Positions 15,269 through 26,373 are shown, counted from the first letter of the stretch. The stretch is 37,198 nt of DNA from a virus (IMGVR_UViG_3300020045_003443:1-37198), one strand, 5' to 3'. Notes: a model not told the origin generated them from the sequence alone. Numbers and translations are program-made.

Positions 15269-18104
15269 ACAACCTATTAAACCAGAAGAGATAATCGACC
15301 CGAAATTTCTGGTTGATGCCATTATTAAAGCAAATGAGTTTTTAGCGGTTAATAAAGAATTGACTGGTGTTTTAAGTGAGAATTTAAAACTATCAAAAGA
15401 CGTTTTAGCTGGCAAATCAAATAATAATTCTAAAGATTTAAAAGAGCAGGCAGCACTTACAAATCAGATTAATAGAGAATTAAAGGATTTAGAAGCTCTT
15501 AAAAAATCAGCAGCATTAACAGAAGCAGCATTAGCAAAAGTTAGGATTGAAAATGATAGGGCTTTAAGTCAACAATTAAAAACAGAAGCGGATTTCGCAA
15601 AAGCATTGGCTAATGAACAAAAAGGTGTTCAACAAATAACTTCTGTTTACGATGCTTTAAGAAAAAAATATAATGATTTATCGAGGGCGCAAATTGAACT
15701 TGCGGTTAGAGGGCGTGAAGGCGGAAAAGTATTTAGGAGTATAAAAGATGAAGCTACTTTATTAAGAGTTGAGTTAGATAAAGCTGAACAAGGCGCTGGA
15801 CGTTTTAGCAGAAATGTAGGTAATTATAAAAGTGGATTTGATGGACTTGGAAACTCGGTTAATCAATTAACTAGAGAATTACCAGCGTTTGCGGTTTCTG
15901 CTCAAACTGGATTTTTAGCAATATCAAATAACTTACCAATATTCTTTGACCAGTTACAAAAAATAAAAGCTACAAATGCTGAGTTATTAAAAGAAGGTAA
16001 AAAAACCACAAGCGCACTTACTCAGTTAGGTGGTGCTATATTTTCAGTTGGAACTTTATTGAGTTTAGGTGTTACATTATTGACATTATACGGCAAAGAA
16101 TTAGTTGATTGGACTACTGAGTTATTTAAAGGTGCAAAGGCTCTAGAATCAATCACAAAAGCTAATGATGCTTATAATAAAAGTATCAATCAAACTAAGG
16201 ATGATATTACCGACTTAAAAATACAATTAAAAGTACAAAGCGGATTAATTACCGAGAATGAAGCTAATTTATTAAGAAACGAAAATGCAAGAACTAAAGC
16301 GGTTAATGCAAACAAAGAATTGACCAGAAATTCAATTAAGGAATTAAAGGCAGAGTTAGAAATTACAGACGATTTATTAAAAAAATTCGGTAAAACTAGA
16401 ACGGTAGTAAGTCAAGGTGGTGAAAGTAGAGAGGTTGGATTATTAAGCGCATCTGAAACAAAAAGAGTTAAACAGTATAACGATGCTTTATCTGAAATAA
16501 ATAATAAAGCTAAATTAAACAACCAATACATTCAAGAGGAATATAATTTAAGAGGGCAATTAAGAACTAAAGAAAAAGGAACTGGTGGAGCCATTGGAAC
16601 TATTAGTAAAGAAGAATTAATTAAGCAACGTGACGCTTTAGATGAAATTAGACAATTACAAATTGATGCTATTGAAGATGAGGATAAACGAGCTATTGAA
16701 CAATTGCAATTTGAGGAATTTAAGGCATTAAGAAAACTTGATATTGATAGACAAAATGTTGAGGATAGAAAAAATATTGCTAAAAGAAATTTTGAAGAGC
16801 AAGCAAAATTAAACGAAAAGAACAATAAAAGTAATTTAGTTTTATTAGCTAATTACAACAAAGAAATTAAAAAACTTGAAGCTGAAAATTTGCCAAAGGC
16901 TCAAGAAGATGAGTTAAGAATTAGAATACAGCAAGAAACTAACCGTAAAATATTAGAGATTGATAAAAAAGGTTTTGACGCTCAACAAGAATTAAACATT
17001 GAAAATGCTAAGAAAACACAGACGGCTCGTGAAAAAATAGCAGACGAAGCAACTGATTTTGAGATATACAATTTAGAAAATCAATACTCTAAAAAAGTAA
17101 AAGCTTTAGATGCACTTAATTTAAAAGAGATTAATGATTTAGAGCGTCAAGCAAATGCTAAAAAAGCTGCTAGAATTATAGCTGATGCAGAAGAAAAAGC
17201 AGAGTTAACAGATAATGAAGTTGAAAAGTTACAAATAAGAGAAAAGGCAGCGCAAGATGTTCAAAAGTTACAAAACACTTCTGATGAAAAAATAGCTGCA
17301 AATAGAAAAGTAGTTTTAAATCAAGCTCTACAATTTGAACAACAATTAGTTGATGCAATTGCTAAAGGTTCTGCTGAACAATCAAGAATAAGACAAGAAT
17401 CATTTGATAAACAAATTTCTGATGCTGATAAAAATATTGAAACACAAAAGCGTTTAGCTGAAAAAGGACTACAAAATACATTAGCTGAGGAAGAGGCTAA
17501 TAAAGTAAAGTTAGAGCGTGAAAAGCAAGCCGAAAAAGAGCGTGAAATTAAGCGCCAAAAAGCATTGGCTTTCTTTAAATTATTTGCTTCTTATGCTGAA
17601 AAAGACCCAGATAGTGCATTACAAAAAGCTTTACGTGACACTGTTTTAGCTGAGGCGGTTAGCGCTGCCTTTATTGACGGTACAGAAAATGTAGGAAAAG
17701 ATAAACAATTTACTAAGAATAAATTTAGTAATGGAACTGACGGATATGTAGCAAGATTTGACGGTGACGAACGTATTTTAAACCCAGAGCAAAATAAGAA
17801 AGTTGGTAATTTATCAAACGAAGCTCTAGCGGATTTAGCTTATCAATCTCGTATGGGTTTATTAAACACGGCAAAACACGCTATTGTTGTTAATACAGAC
17901 TTTGCTAGTAAAGTAAATGACAATGCCTTATTGCAACAAAATGCACAATTAATAAAAGAAGTTCAAGGATTAAAACAAGCTATTAATGATAAGCCAGTAC
18001 CAAACTTTGCCATGAATCAATACCATGAATTTGTATTGACTACAATCGAAAACGGCTTTATCAAAAATAGAACATTTAAAAATCGTAAATCTCGAATCTG
18101 TTAA
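15261..18104 (+). CDS. Tape measure protein
   Basis: 947-aa coiled coil; RNVGNY; QLTRELPAFA; hydrophobic segment; C-terminal FxDGT...GDERI. Confidence 0.9.
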   Translation: MAEQPIKPEEIIDPKFLVDAIIKANEFLAVNKELTGVLSENLKLSKDVLAGKSNNNSKDLKEQAALTNQINRELKDLEALKKSAALTEAALAKVRIENDRALSQQLKTEADFAKALANEQKGVQQITSVYDALRKKYNDLSRAQIELAVRGREGGKVFRSIKDEATLLRVELDKAEQGAGRFSRNVGNYKSGFDGLGNSVNQLTRELPAFAVSAQTGFLAISNNLPIFFDQLQKIKATNAELLKEGKKTTSALTQLGGAIFSVGTLLSLGVTLLTLYGKELVDWTTELFKGAKALESITKANDAYNKSINQTKDDITDLKIQLKVQSGLITENEANLLRNENARTKAVNANKELTRNSIKELKAELEITDDLLKKFGKTRTVVSQGGESREVGLLSASETKRVKQYNDALSEINNKAKLNNQYIQEEYNLRGQLRTKEKGTGGAIGTISKEELIKQRDALDEIRQLQIDAIEDEDKRAIEQLQFEEFKALRKLDIDRQNVEDRKNIAKRNFEEQAKLNEKNNKSNLVLLANYNKEIKKLEAENLPKAQEDELRIRIQQETNRKILEIDKKGFDAQQELNIENAKKTQTAREKIADEATDFEIYNLENQYSKKVKALDALNLKEINDLERQANAKKAARIIADAEEKAELTDNEVEKLQIREKAAQDVQKLQNTSDEKIAANRKVVLNQALQFEQQLVDAIAKGSAEQSRIRQESFDKQISDADKNIETQKRLAEKGLQNTLAEEEANKVKLEREKQAEKEREIKRQKALAFFKLFASYAEKDPDSALQKALRDTVLAEAVSAAFIDGTENVGKDKQFTKNKFSNGTDGYVARFDGDERILNPEQNKKVGNLSNEALADLAYQSRMGLLNTAKHAIVVNTDFASKVNDNALLQQNAQLIKEVQGLKQAINDKPVPNFAMNQYHEFVLTTIENGFIKNRTFKNRKSRIC

Positions 18105-18106
18105 TC

Positions 18107-19996
18107 ATGGTAGAATTTTATCTAAATGAAACGAAATTAAAAGTACCTCCAGTTAACTGGGATGGTGTAAGCATTGAATTAAATTTTGATCCTGAGCGTC
18201 CAGAAGGTATGAGGTCTATTGATGTAACTGACTTTGAATTTGTAGGTGAAAGCGCACAAATCATAAACGATATTAGATTAAAAGGTTTAACGACTGGAGT
18301 AGGTATATTTGAGGGCATTCCATTTCGTATAGAGGTAACACGTAATGGTGTTTTAGAGATACCATTTGATGGTTATTTGGATGCTAGTGATGGTTCTTTG
18401 TTTTCTACAAATAGAATAACACTAAAGGCAGTTTCAAGTAGTTCTATTGATTCCTTAAATGATAAATTTGATAGCTTTACTTTTAGACACTTATATGAAG
18501 ATGTTAATTCAATTACTGCAAATGATTTTGTTAGCGTTCCTTATATCTTAAACTCAGTACCAAATTATTTAGAGGCGGTTACTGCTACTATTGGTGTTTA
18601 TGTAATGGTACGTGAAATCATTGCAGCGATACAGCGAATAGTTGAATTTATCCCAGAGTTACCAGTTTACTACGTGTTTTCGACATACATTAAATTAATT
18701 CTGTATATCATTTACCTTATTTTCTTAATTATAGCCCTAATAAAGCTAGTCAAGCAAGTAATTTTATTACTTATCCAGCCAATTAAATACCATTCTGCTA
18801 TGAGTGTTAAAACTCATTTCGAGAAAGGCGCTGCTTATTTAGGTTATTCTTTTCAAAGTGATATATTCGATACGGAGCCGTTTAAGGATGCTTATATTAT
18901 TCCAGAAAAAACCTACAACCCAGTAAACAAAAAAGAAAAACAAATACTAGGGTTTACAGAACCATCAATTGAGCAACATGGTTTTTATAAAGGAACTTTT
19001 GGGGATTTAATACGTGAGGTCAAAACAATATGGAACGCTAAAATAATTATAGAAGGTAATACTTTGCGATTAGTTAGAAAAGATTATACTGGGTCAGCAA
19101 GTCAATACACATTACCAGCATTAACCAATAATTACGACCTAAGAACGGCTGCATTTCAACTAAATACAGATGAGTTTAATAGTAATACACTATTAACTTT
19201 CTTAACGGATAGCATTGATAAAAACACAATGCAAGACTATTTAGGCACTTCTTACCAAGTAATTGTACAGCCAAACCGAGTTAATAACGGTGGCATGGTG
19301 TTAATGAAGGGACTAAACGAGCAAAGAATAGGGTTCGCATTAGCTAAAACCAAAACAGAATTAACCGTACCAGAGAAAATATTTGACGGCTTTTTAAAGG
19401 TATTTGATGTAATTGCAGGGGTTTTAGTAACGATTGTAAACGCTATTATATTAGTTTTAAACATAGTTATTGCAGCCGTTAATGACGTATTGGCTAAGTT
19501 AGCGCAAATAGGTATTAAATTAAATTTTCAATTACCTTCAATTCCTTATGTTGACCCTCCAAACTTTGCAAATAAAGCAAAAAATAGAATTGGAATGATG
19601 AAAATTGAAAAGGATATTATCGGAATCAACAAAATATGTTTGTTAAAAATTGGTAGTAGCGCACTTTACAATAAGATACACCCAGATAACGGAACCGTAT
19701 TTAGTGCCAAGTACCTATGGGAAAATTACCACTATGTTTCTTCATTCGTTCCAACTCAAAGTTCACCAAACGGTAACCAGTTTTTTAAATACCAATTTGA
19801 AAACGTGCCATTTTCTTTTGAGGACTATGAAAAAGTAAAAGAAAATAGTAGTATATTTACAGCGTCAGGTAGCGAAGCGTTAGTAGATAGTTTAAAATGG
19901 AATTATCAAAGACAGACGGCAAATATTAAAATAAGAATTAACCAATTGTACACTAATAATTTTAAAGTATTTTATTCTGAACCAGATGGACGTTAA
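18107..19996 (+). CDS. Tail-tip or hub protein with two long hydrophobic helical inserts
   Basis: Follows the tape measure gene; PPVNWDG N-terminus; KLILYIIYLIFLIIALIKLV and VIAGVLVTIVNAIILVLNIVIAAV. Confidence 0.7.
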   Translation: MVEFYLNETKLKVPPVNWDGVSIELNFDPERPEGMRSIDVTDFEFVGESAQIINDIRLKGLTTGVGIFEGIPFRIEVTRNGVLEIPFDGYLDASDGSLFSTNRITLKAVSSSSIDSLNDKFDSFTFRHLYEDVNSITANDFVSVPYILNSVPNYLEAVTATIGVYVMVREIIAAIQRIVEFIPELPVYYVFSTYIKLILYIIYLIFLIIALIKLVKQVILLLIQPIKYHSAMSVKTHFEKGAAYLGYSFQSDIFDTEPFKDAYIIPEKTYNPVNKKEKQILGFTEPSIEQHGFYKGTFGDLIREVKTIWNAKIIIEGNTLRLVRKDYTGSASQYTLPALTNNYDLRTAAFQLNTDEFNSNTLLTFLTDSIDKNTMQDYLGTSYQVIVQPNRVNNGGMVLMKGLNEQRIGFALAKTKTELTVPEKIFDGFLKVFDVIAGVLVTIVNAIILVLNIVIAAVNDVLAKLAQIGIKLNFQLPSIPYVDPPNFANKAKNRIGMMKIEKDIIGINKICLLKIGSSALYNKIHPDNGTVFSAKYLWENYHYVSSFVPTQSSPNGNQFFKYQFENVPFSFEDYEKVKENSSIFTASGSEALVDSLKWNYQRQTANIKIRINQLYTNNFKVFYSEPDGR

Positions 19997-20204
19997 TAAC
20001 CTAAATAGTTTTGTAACTGGAATAACTGCTAATCTTAACGGGCTTTTAGGTGAATTAGAAAACACCATGAAGGACGCTACAAAAAATATAACTCCAGAAC
20101 AAGCGATTGAAATGCAAAAGGCTTGGAAGGATTATAAGATTGACGAGAAGCTACAAGAAATTAAAAGAGAAACGATTGATTTAAAAGATAAATTCGATAT
20201 TTAA
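19986..20204 (+). CDS. Small helical protein
   Basis: 72-aa ORF coupled to both neighbours. Confidence 0.6.
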   Translation: MDVNNLNSFVTGITANLNGLLGELENTMKDATKNITPEQAIEMQKAWKDYKIDEKLQEIKRETIDLKDKFDI

Positions 20205-23200
20205 TGGCATTTGAATTAAACAACATATCTTTTAGTAAGGCAAACGACACAACCCCAGTTAATTGGCTATTAGCTAATTTAAATGATGATATTACTATTG
20301 AGCTTGATTTATCTACGTTTGATTATGCTATATCAAGTCAAAATAGTGCTTGGATTCTAAACAATAACGATGGTTACATTAATGACATTCCAAACGGTCA
20401 TTACTGGGTTACTGGTGGCGACTTTTCCAAATTCAATATTGGCGATACTCTTTTAGCTTATGATTACGTTAACAATGTTTCTTTTGGATATATTGCAATA
20501 ATTGATAAGATTGGTAATACTGCTTTAAAAGTAGATTCTAATTTCGGTGTAGGCTGGAATATTACAGTCGGTAATGTTGTTTTCTCATTGAAAAAAGATG
20601 TAACAGCATTAGTTTACAAATGGAATTTTATTAGAAATAGCGAAGCTACTAACTTCTTTTCAAAGATAGACGGTAGCACTCAAATATCTAATGTTACCGG
20701 TTTAAATGCAGCATCACTAGGAACTAATATACCGATGCAAATGATAGGCGATGTAGCTTATCACATTGGTAGTATTGAAGTAGATGAAGCTGGATTAGAT
20801 ACGGCCCCGATTTATAAAAATAAATTTAAGATTCGTCACAAAACAAAGTTAATTGATATTGTAGATCAAAATACATTTTCAGACTTTCAAGCTGGCATAG
20901 CATCTGAAAACTTTTTAAATGCTGAGTGTTTAAAATACGTTTTCTATTGTGAGGCTAGGATTGACGTAATGAACCCTAATGATTTCAAGTATTTACAAGT
21001 TGAAACCATATTAGGTAATACTGGGTATGTTGATGAGAAATGGAATTTAAACCCTACTAATTACTCTATTGATAATTTACAATATTGGTATAATGCTGCT
21101 CCTGGTGTTCCAGTTACAATACCATCTGTAGAATTAAGCACGGTAAGAAAAACCAAATTTAGTTTTGATGTATTAAATACAACTGATTCACCATTTGTTG
21201 CTGGTTTAAGTCACGTAGCTTTAAACTTTAAAAAAGTACCAGGCGATACTGGCGAATACACCGCAAACGGCAGAGATTATAAACATAACTTTTGCCATGA
21301 ACAAGTATTAGTAACGGTTAACACTGTACCAACTGGAATAGATGGTGACAATTATTCTGATTTAGCAATACGTTCTTTACAAGGGATTAAGGCGTTTTAT
21401 GTTTCTCCAAGTAAAATAACTATTGTTGGTAACTTTGAATTTGACCAGCAAGGAATTGACGTATTTGAAGAAAGCAATACACCAGCTTATATATTTTTAT
21501 GCTCAGTTAAAAACCATGCCTTAAATGGTTCTGTTTCGGATGCTGTTACACTAAAAGTAGATGCCAACGAGAATTACTATCAAACTCAGTTCCCTAATTT
21601 AATAACAATGTCGAGTAAGTTAATACCACATGATTGTGTTAACTATACAGATGCTTTTATTGATAGAGATAAGTTTACAGAAGATGAGTTAGTGGCATAT
21701 ACTCAAGTACATTTAGACCGTGACCCAGCCGTTACAAGTGTAGAATACGTTAAATACACCGCTAAAATAGTAATGGTTAACACGGTTAGCAACGATGAAT
21801 TTGTAGTTGAATCGAAATCAATCAACTTACCATCAAATCCAACGTTATCAATTAACCCTACTTTCAACTTATCGCAAAATAGACCTTTTCATATACCATT
21901 AACTGAGATAAGAAAAACTATTGTGGCCCGTAATTTTTCGGGAGTTGATGCAAATGATTATGATTTTGCTTATCCATTTTTAAATAGATGGGAATACTGG
22001 GTTGCTTTAGCTTCTGCTAATGGTGCGTTTTATGACAATTCCGAACCTAATGACGGTAAAAATCAAGACTGGCAGCATTACATGGGCAATAACTGGATAG
22101 CTCGTTATGTTTACGAATTGAATGTAAAAATTAACGGTGTTCCTGATGTATTTACCGATTCAGTAGATTTCAATATTTTAGATAGAAATTTAACACCAGC
22201 AAATACAACGTGTGTTATTAATTCATACGACCCAGATACATTAACGGCTTTAGTTGATGGATTCGGAAATAAATATTTATTAGGTTACAAAAATACTTTA
22301 GTGACGGCTGTATTCACAAATACTGCTGACGGCTTTAGTCATACAGATACGGTAGTAGTATTTGGTATTGAGGCAAAAGAGATTGGCGGTTATTACGGTA
22401 AGCGTAGAATGTCAAGCAAATATGATCCAGATACAGATACATGGTTTATTCCTTTGACTGGAGAAACTAGAACTAAATTAGTAATAAGTGGTACGCCTCC
22501 AATAAATGGAACAACAGCAACTGCCAGCGCATTAATTGATTTTAATGGTATTGGAAATGTTATTTCTGATTGGAAAATAACAGCTCGTATTTACGGAAAT
22601 GATATTAGTTCGCCAGTTGTTGGAGGCATTACATACGGTCAAAATTATTTAGGTTCTCAGGATTTTGGTTTAATTCCAACAAATCCAGTAGATGAAGAAA
22701 CGGAAGTATTACCACCAGCAACATTAGACTGTAATTCTGATTATGTATGGCGTGTATTAGCTGATTTAGCAAGTTCAGACCCTTTAAAAAATGATACAAC
22801 CAACTTTATAGAATGGTTTGATAAAGTTGGAATAACAGACGCTACGGTTTATTTATGCAAGTGTGACGGTACTAAGATTGATTTAACTGCTTCGTCAACT
22901 TATGGCACTCCTTATGATTTTGGTTTTGATATTATGCCAAACGTAAATTATAATACGAATGGCGAAAAGGCTATTGGTTATCATATCGAATGGAAAAAAG
23001 TATTAACCGTAATTGGTGAAGGTATCTATTACTTACAATACGAAGCCACTACTTTATTTGGAGCTACAACGATTAAAAAAACACCTAGCTATTGCTTAAA
23101 ACAATATACAGCTTCAAGAGCTGATGGTACGGTAAGGATTGAATATTATTTAAACGGTGTTATTGGTAAAACTGAAAACGATAAAAAAGTAAGAGATTAT

Positions 23201-23575
23201 TTACAAGCTAATTGGTATAATATGCACCGTTTTGATGGGTATTTTTTCTACCAAAATTCACAATATAAAGTTGATGAAATACAGTATCAAAATGGATTTA
23301 TTGACGAAGTAGAACACGGTCAAACTCCAGAGTATTTAATGAAGTTAAAACCTATTCCATTTTTCAAACATGATATTTTAAGAACTGATATTTTGATGAG
23401 TAACAATATTTTAGTTACCGATTACAACACAAAGAATATTGATAATTATTACCAAAAGGCAGTTAAAAAGAATGGTAATTATGAGCCGATTATACACCCT
23501 ATGCAACGTCAAGTAGCTGGAGTAGATATTAAATTTAAACAAGCATACAATAATTTAAATAAATATATAAGTTAA
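20204..23575 (+). CDS. Large tail-tip or baseplate protein
   Basis: 1123 aa; beta-rich; within the tail module. Confidence 0.7.
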   Translation: MAFELNNISFSKANDTTPVNWLLANLNDDITIELDLSTFDYAISSQNSAWILNNNDGYINDIPNGHYWVTGGDFSKFNIGDTLLAYDYVNNVSFGYIAIIDKIGNTALKVDSNFGVGWNITVGNVVFSLKKDVTALVYKWNFIRNSEATNFFSKIDGSTQISNVTGLNAASLGTNIPMQMIGDVAYHIGSIEVDEAGLDTAPIYKNKFKIRHKTKLIDIVDQNTFSDFQAGIASENFLNAECLKYVFYCEARIDVMNPNDFKYLQVETILGNTGYVDEKWNLNPTNYSIDNLQYWYNAAPGVPVTIPSVELSTVRKTKFSFDVLNTTDSPFVAGLSHVALNFKKVPGDTGEYTANGRDYKHNFCHEQVLVTVNTVPTGIDGDNYSDLAIRSLQGIKAFYVSPSKITIVGNFEFDQQGIDVFEESNTPAYIFLCSVKNHALNGSVSDAVTLKVDANENYYQTQFPNLITMSSKLIPHDCVNYTDAFIDRDKFTEDELVAYTQVHLDRDPAVTSVEYVKYTAKIVMVNTVSNDEFVVESKSINLPSNPTLSINPTFNLSQNRPFHIPLTEIRKTIVARNFSGVDANDYDFAYPFLNRWEYWVALASANGAFYDNSEPNDGKNQDWQHYMGNNWIARYVYELNVKINGVPDVFTDSVDFNILDRNLTPANTTCVINSYDPDTLTALVDGFGNKYLLGYKNTLVTAVFTNTADGFSHTDTVVVFGIEAKEIGGYYGKRRMSSKYDPDTDTWFIPLTGETRTKLVISGTPPINGTTATASALIDFNGIGNVISDWKITARIYGNDISSPVVGGITYGQNYLGSQDFGLIPTNPVDEETEVLPPATLDCNSDYVWRVLADLASSDPLKNDTTNFIEWFDKVGITDATVYLCKCDGTKIDLTASSTYGTPYDFGFDIMPNVNYNTNGEKAIGYHIEWKKVLTVIGEGIYYLQYEATTLFGATTIKKTPSYCLKQYTASRADGTVRIEYYLNGVIGKTENDKKVRDYLQANWYNMHRFDGYFFYQNSQYKVDEIQYQNGFIDEVEHGQTPEYLMKLKPIPFFKHDILRTDILMSNNILVTDYNTKNIDNYYQKAVKKNGNYEPIIHPMQRQVAGVDIKFKQAYNNLNKYIS

Positions 23576-25179
23576 TGGCATTAGTTAGAACTGGTTACGC
23601 AAATTTTGCAGCATTTCCACCAACTGGAGCTGTTGATATTATTTATGTTGACTTATCAAATGGCAATGAATACACATGGATTACTAGTGCTTATGTAGCA
23701 TATACACCAACAGAAGTAAATGTTAGTTTAGGGTTTAAGGATTCGGCTTGGTTTGCTGCTAATGATTCTTTGTTATTAGGAAAGGGCCAGCACGTTTATT
23801 TAAGTGACGGTGCCGATGAATTTATAAACGCTTATGTAATTGGTGACGGCGTTACTACTTTAGATACTTTGCCTTGGCGTGGATTAAAACAAACCCTCCA
23901 ACAAACAATAACAGAAAGCCCAAATGTAAACGGAGCAGTTGTTTATTCGCCTAATAATTTAACCTCTTATGATATTAACGATGGCTACCATCAATTTAAT
24001 TCATCTGATGGAGTAGATACAAATACTACACAAATAACTCCAACCGCAGTAACTTTTGGATGTCCAAGCGTTCAAAAAAATGGTGTAGAGGTTGCAACTG
24101 TTAATGATGTTTATAAATACGATAAATCAACAAACGATTTTAGATTAACTTTAACAAGCGGTTTAGCAGTAACAACAACCGATGTTGTAAACGCCAGCAC
24201 TATTTATTTAACACCATATAAAGGGAATGTAATTAGTTTATATGATGGTACTAAATGGGTTTCTTATGAAAGTAATGAGATTAGTTTAGCATTAGGAACT
24301 TTAGCAACTGGAAACTATGATGTATTTTGTTACGCAAATGCAGGAGTACCAACACTAGAATTTTTAGCATGGACTAATGCAACAACGCAAGCTGTTCCAA
24401 TAACTAAATTAAATGGTGTAAATGTTAAAAGCACTGATACAACAAGAAGATGGGTTGGTTCTTTCGAAAATAAAGGCAATGTATCAAGTACGGTAACAAT
24501 AAGCAATGGTACACCTTGTACAATTACTTGGAACTCAAACCCAGCTATAAATAATATGCCAGTAGTATTTACATCTACAGGAACGTTACCAAGTGGATTA
24601 GTAGCTGGCACAACTTACTATGTAGCAAGTTTGGGATTAATTGATACAAACACTTTTAATGTTTCAGCAACGCCTGGAGGGGCTTTAATAAATACTACAA
24701 CGACTGGAAGTGGTACGCATACTTGTACCGTTCCAACTTACACCGAAATGTCTAAATTAAATCCTATGTTATCTAATTCAGAGAATCAAGTAGGATTTGA
24801 TTTATATAGATTAGAGGCTACAACATCTTGGACATATACAACGGCTGCTTATAGACAATCTCGTGCAAATAGAGCAAACCAATTTAATATTATTCAAGCG
24901 GTGGATAATGATATTTACATATTGGCCCAACAAAGAGTTGCTCATAGCGCAGGCGGGAACACTATCACACTTTTACCTGCCATTGGATTAGACTCAAGAA
25001 CAGCAGCTACGTCGAATTATGCCCTCCAATTAGCGGCTAACTTAGCTAGTTTATCAAACTCACTATATATTGGACGTACTGGAATTGGAGCGCATTACAT
25101 AGCAGCATTAGAATTCTCAACAGCTTCTGGAACCGCAACTTGGTACGCTTTTATAATGAGAGGACAAATTTTAGCATAA
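23575..25179 (+). CDS. Tail fibre or receptor-binding protein (mosaic)
   Basis: YVIGDGVTTLDTLPW; RLTLTSG...IYLTPYKGN; TGTLPSGLVAGTTYYV modules. Confidence 0.75.
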   Translation: MALVRTGYANFAAFPPTGAVDIIYVDLSNGNEYTWITSAYVAYTPTEVNVSLGFKDSAWFAANDSLLLGKGQHVYLSDGADEFINAYVIGDGVTTLDTLPWRGLKQTLQQTITESPNVNGAVVYSPNNLTSYDINDGYHQFNSSDGVDTNTTQITPTAVTFGCPSVQKNGVEVATVNDVYKYDKSTNDFRLTLTSGLAVTTTDVVNASTIYLTPYKGNVISLYDGTKWVSYESNEISLALGTLATGNYDVFCYANAGVPTLEFLAWTNATTQAVPITKLNGVNVKSTDTTRRWVGSFENKGNVSSTVTISNGTPCTITWNSNPAINNMPVVFTSTGTLPSGLVAGTTYYVASLGLIDTNTFNVSATPGGALINTTTTGSGTHTCTVPTYTEMSKLNPMLSNSENQVGFDLYRLEATTSWTYTTAAYRQSRANRANQFNIIQAVDNDIYILAQQRVAHSAGGNTITLLPAIGLDSRTAATSNYALQLAANLASLSNSLYIGRTGIGAHYIAALEFSTASGTATWYAFIMRGQILA

Positions 25180-26156
25180 TGTTATTATCAAAATCAAATA
25201 CTCAATCTAAACCATTAGTTGTAATTGACTATACAGATAATCGTTTGACTTATTTAGGTCGATGGTTAAATGGTGCGTATGGTAAAACAAGTGGGTGGAG
25301 TTCGTCAAGTGTTCAGTTTAGAGTTAAAAACACATCTACTGTAAAAGTAAAAGCATATATAAATAGAACGCAAATAAATGGTGGAGGTGCATTAGGCTAT
25401 CATATTAATGGAGACCCTAACCAAACAGCAGGCATAGCTTTTGAAACTAACACGGCTGCTTTTGCTGGTTATAGGACTGCAAGCATTCCAGTAGTCAATA
25501 ACGGTAGTTGGCAAGATATGATAATTCATATTTACGGAGTTCCTGCCGACCAATTTAATCAAGTAACTGAGTTATTTTTAGATTCAATTATTTTAGATGC
25601 TGGCGGTGAATTAGATGTTTTGACGCAAGGGGCTAAGAAAATACAATTTATTGGTGATAGTTGGATGGCTACTTCTAATGATTGGCCTAGATTAATAGAT
25701 TCATCTTTGTACAGTTGTATTCAAATTGCAGGAAGCGGTTATACTTTAGATACGGCAAATACACGTTATCCATTTGATTATAACGGCTCAACTAATACAA
25801 CCGATGAAAGTGTAGATGCTATTGTTATTTCATTTGGGGTTAACGATTACATAGGAGCAGTAACAGTTGGTAATTTCCAAACTCAGTTACTTTCTTTAAT
25901 TGACAAAGTTCAAATTAAACAACCTAGTAAACCAATATTTTTAGTTAGAGTTCCTAATAATGGAGCTAATTTATACGGACAGTATTTAACTGCTATGAAT
26001 AATGCAGCAGGTTTAAGAAGCAATATAATTGTAATAGATACCACTTCAATAGATGCTAGTGTGGACCGGGTTGATTCAGGTCACTTAGGCGCAAACGGTA
26101 AGCTAGTATATTTAGCACCTTTAGTAAAAACAACATTAATAGCAAACGGAATATAA
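25179..26156 (+). CDS. SGNH/GDSL esterase (tail-associated)
   Basis: Blocks FIGDSW, AGSG, FGVND and DSGH. Confidence 0.85.
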   Translation: MLLSKSNTQSKPLVVIDYTDNRLTYLGRWLNGAYGKTSGWSSSSVQFRVKNTSTVKVKAYINRTQINGGGALGYHINGDPNQTAGIAFETNTAAFAGYRTASIPVVNNGSWQDMIIHIYGVPADQFNQVTELFLDSIILDAGGELDVLTQGAKKIQFIGDSWMATSNDWPRLIDSSLYSCIQIAGSGYTLDTANTRYPFDYNGSTNTTDESVDAIVISFGVNDYIGAVTVGNFQTQLLSLIDKVQIKQPSKPIFLVRVPNNGANLYGQYLTAMNNAAGLRSNIIVIDTTSIDASVDRVDSGHLGANGKLVYLAPLVKTTLIANGI

Positions 26157-26158
26157 TT

Positions 26159-26371
26159 ATGGCACTAACAGAAAACGAAACAACTTTTTTACTTTGGGCA
26201 GTAGGAGCTTTTATAGCTGTATTTGCTTTTATAGGTGTAATGGCGGTTAATGCCTTAGTTAAGATGTCAAACGATTTAACTGAAATTAAGATAGCAGTTA
26301 GAGAGGTGGCAGCAAAGCACGAAGATACTGAGAAACGAGTAACGAGAATAGAAAACCACGTATTTAATTAA
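26159..26371 (+). CDS. Single-TM holin- or antiholin-like protein
   Basis: One TM helix plus a coiled coil; upstream of the lysin. Confidence 0.55.
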   Translation: MALTENETTFLLWAVGAFIAVFAFIGVMAVNALVKMSNDLTEIKIAVREVAAKHEDTEKRVTRIENHVFN

Positions 26372-26373
26372 TT

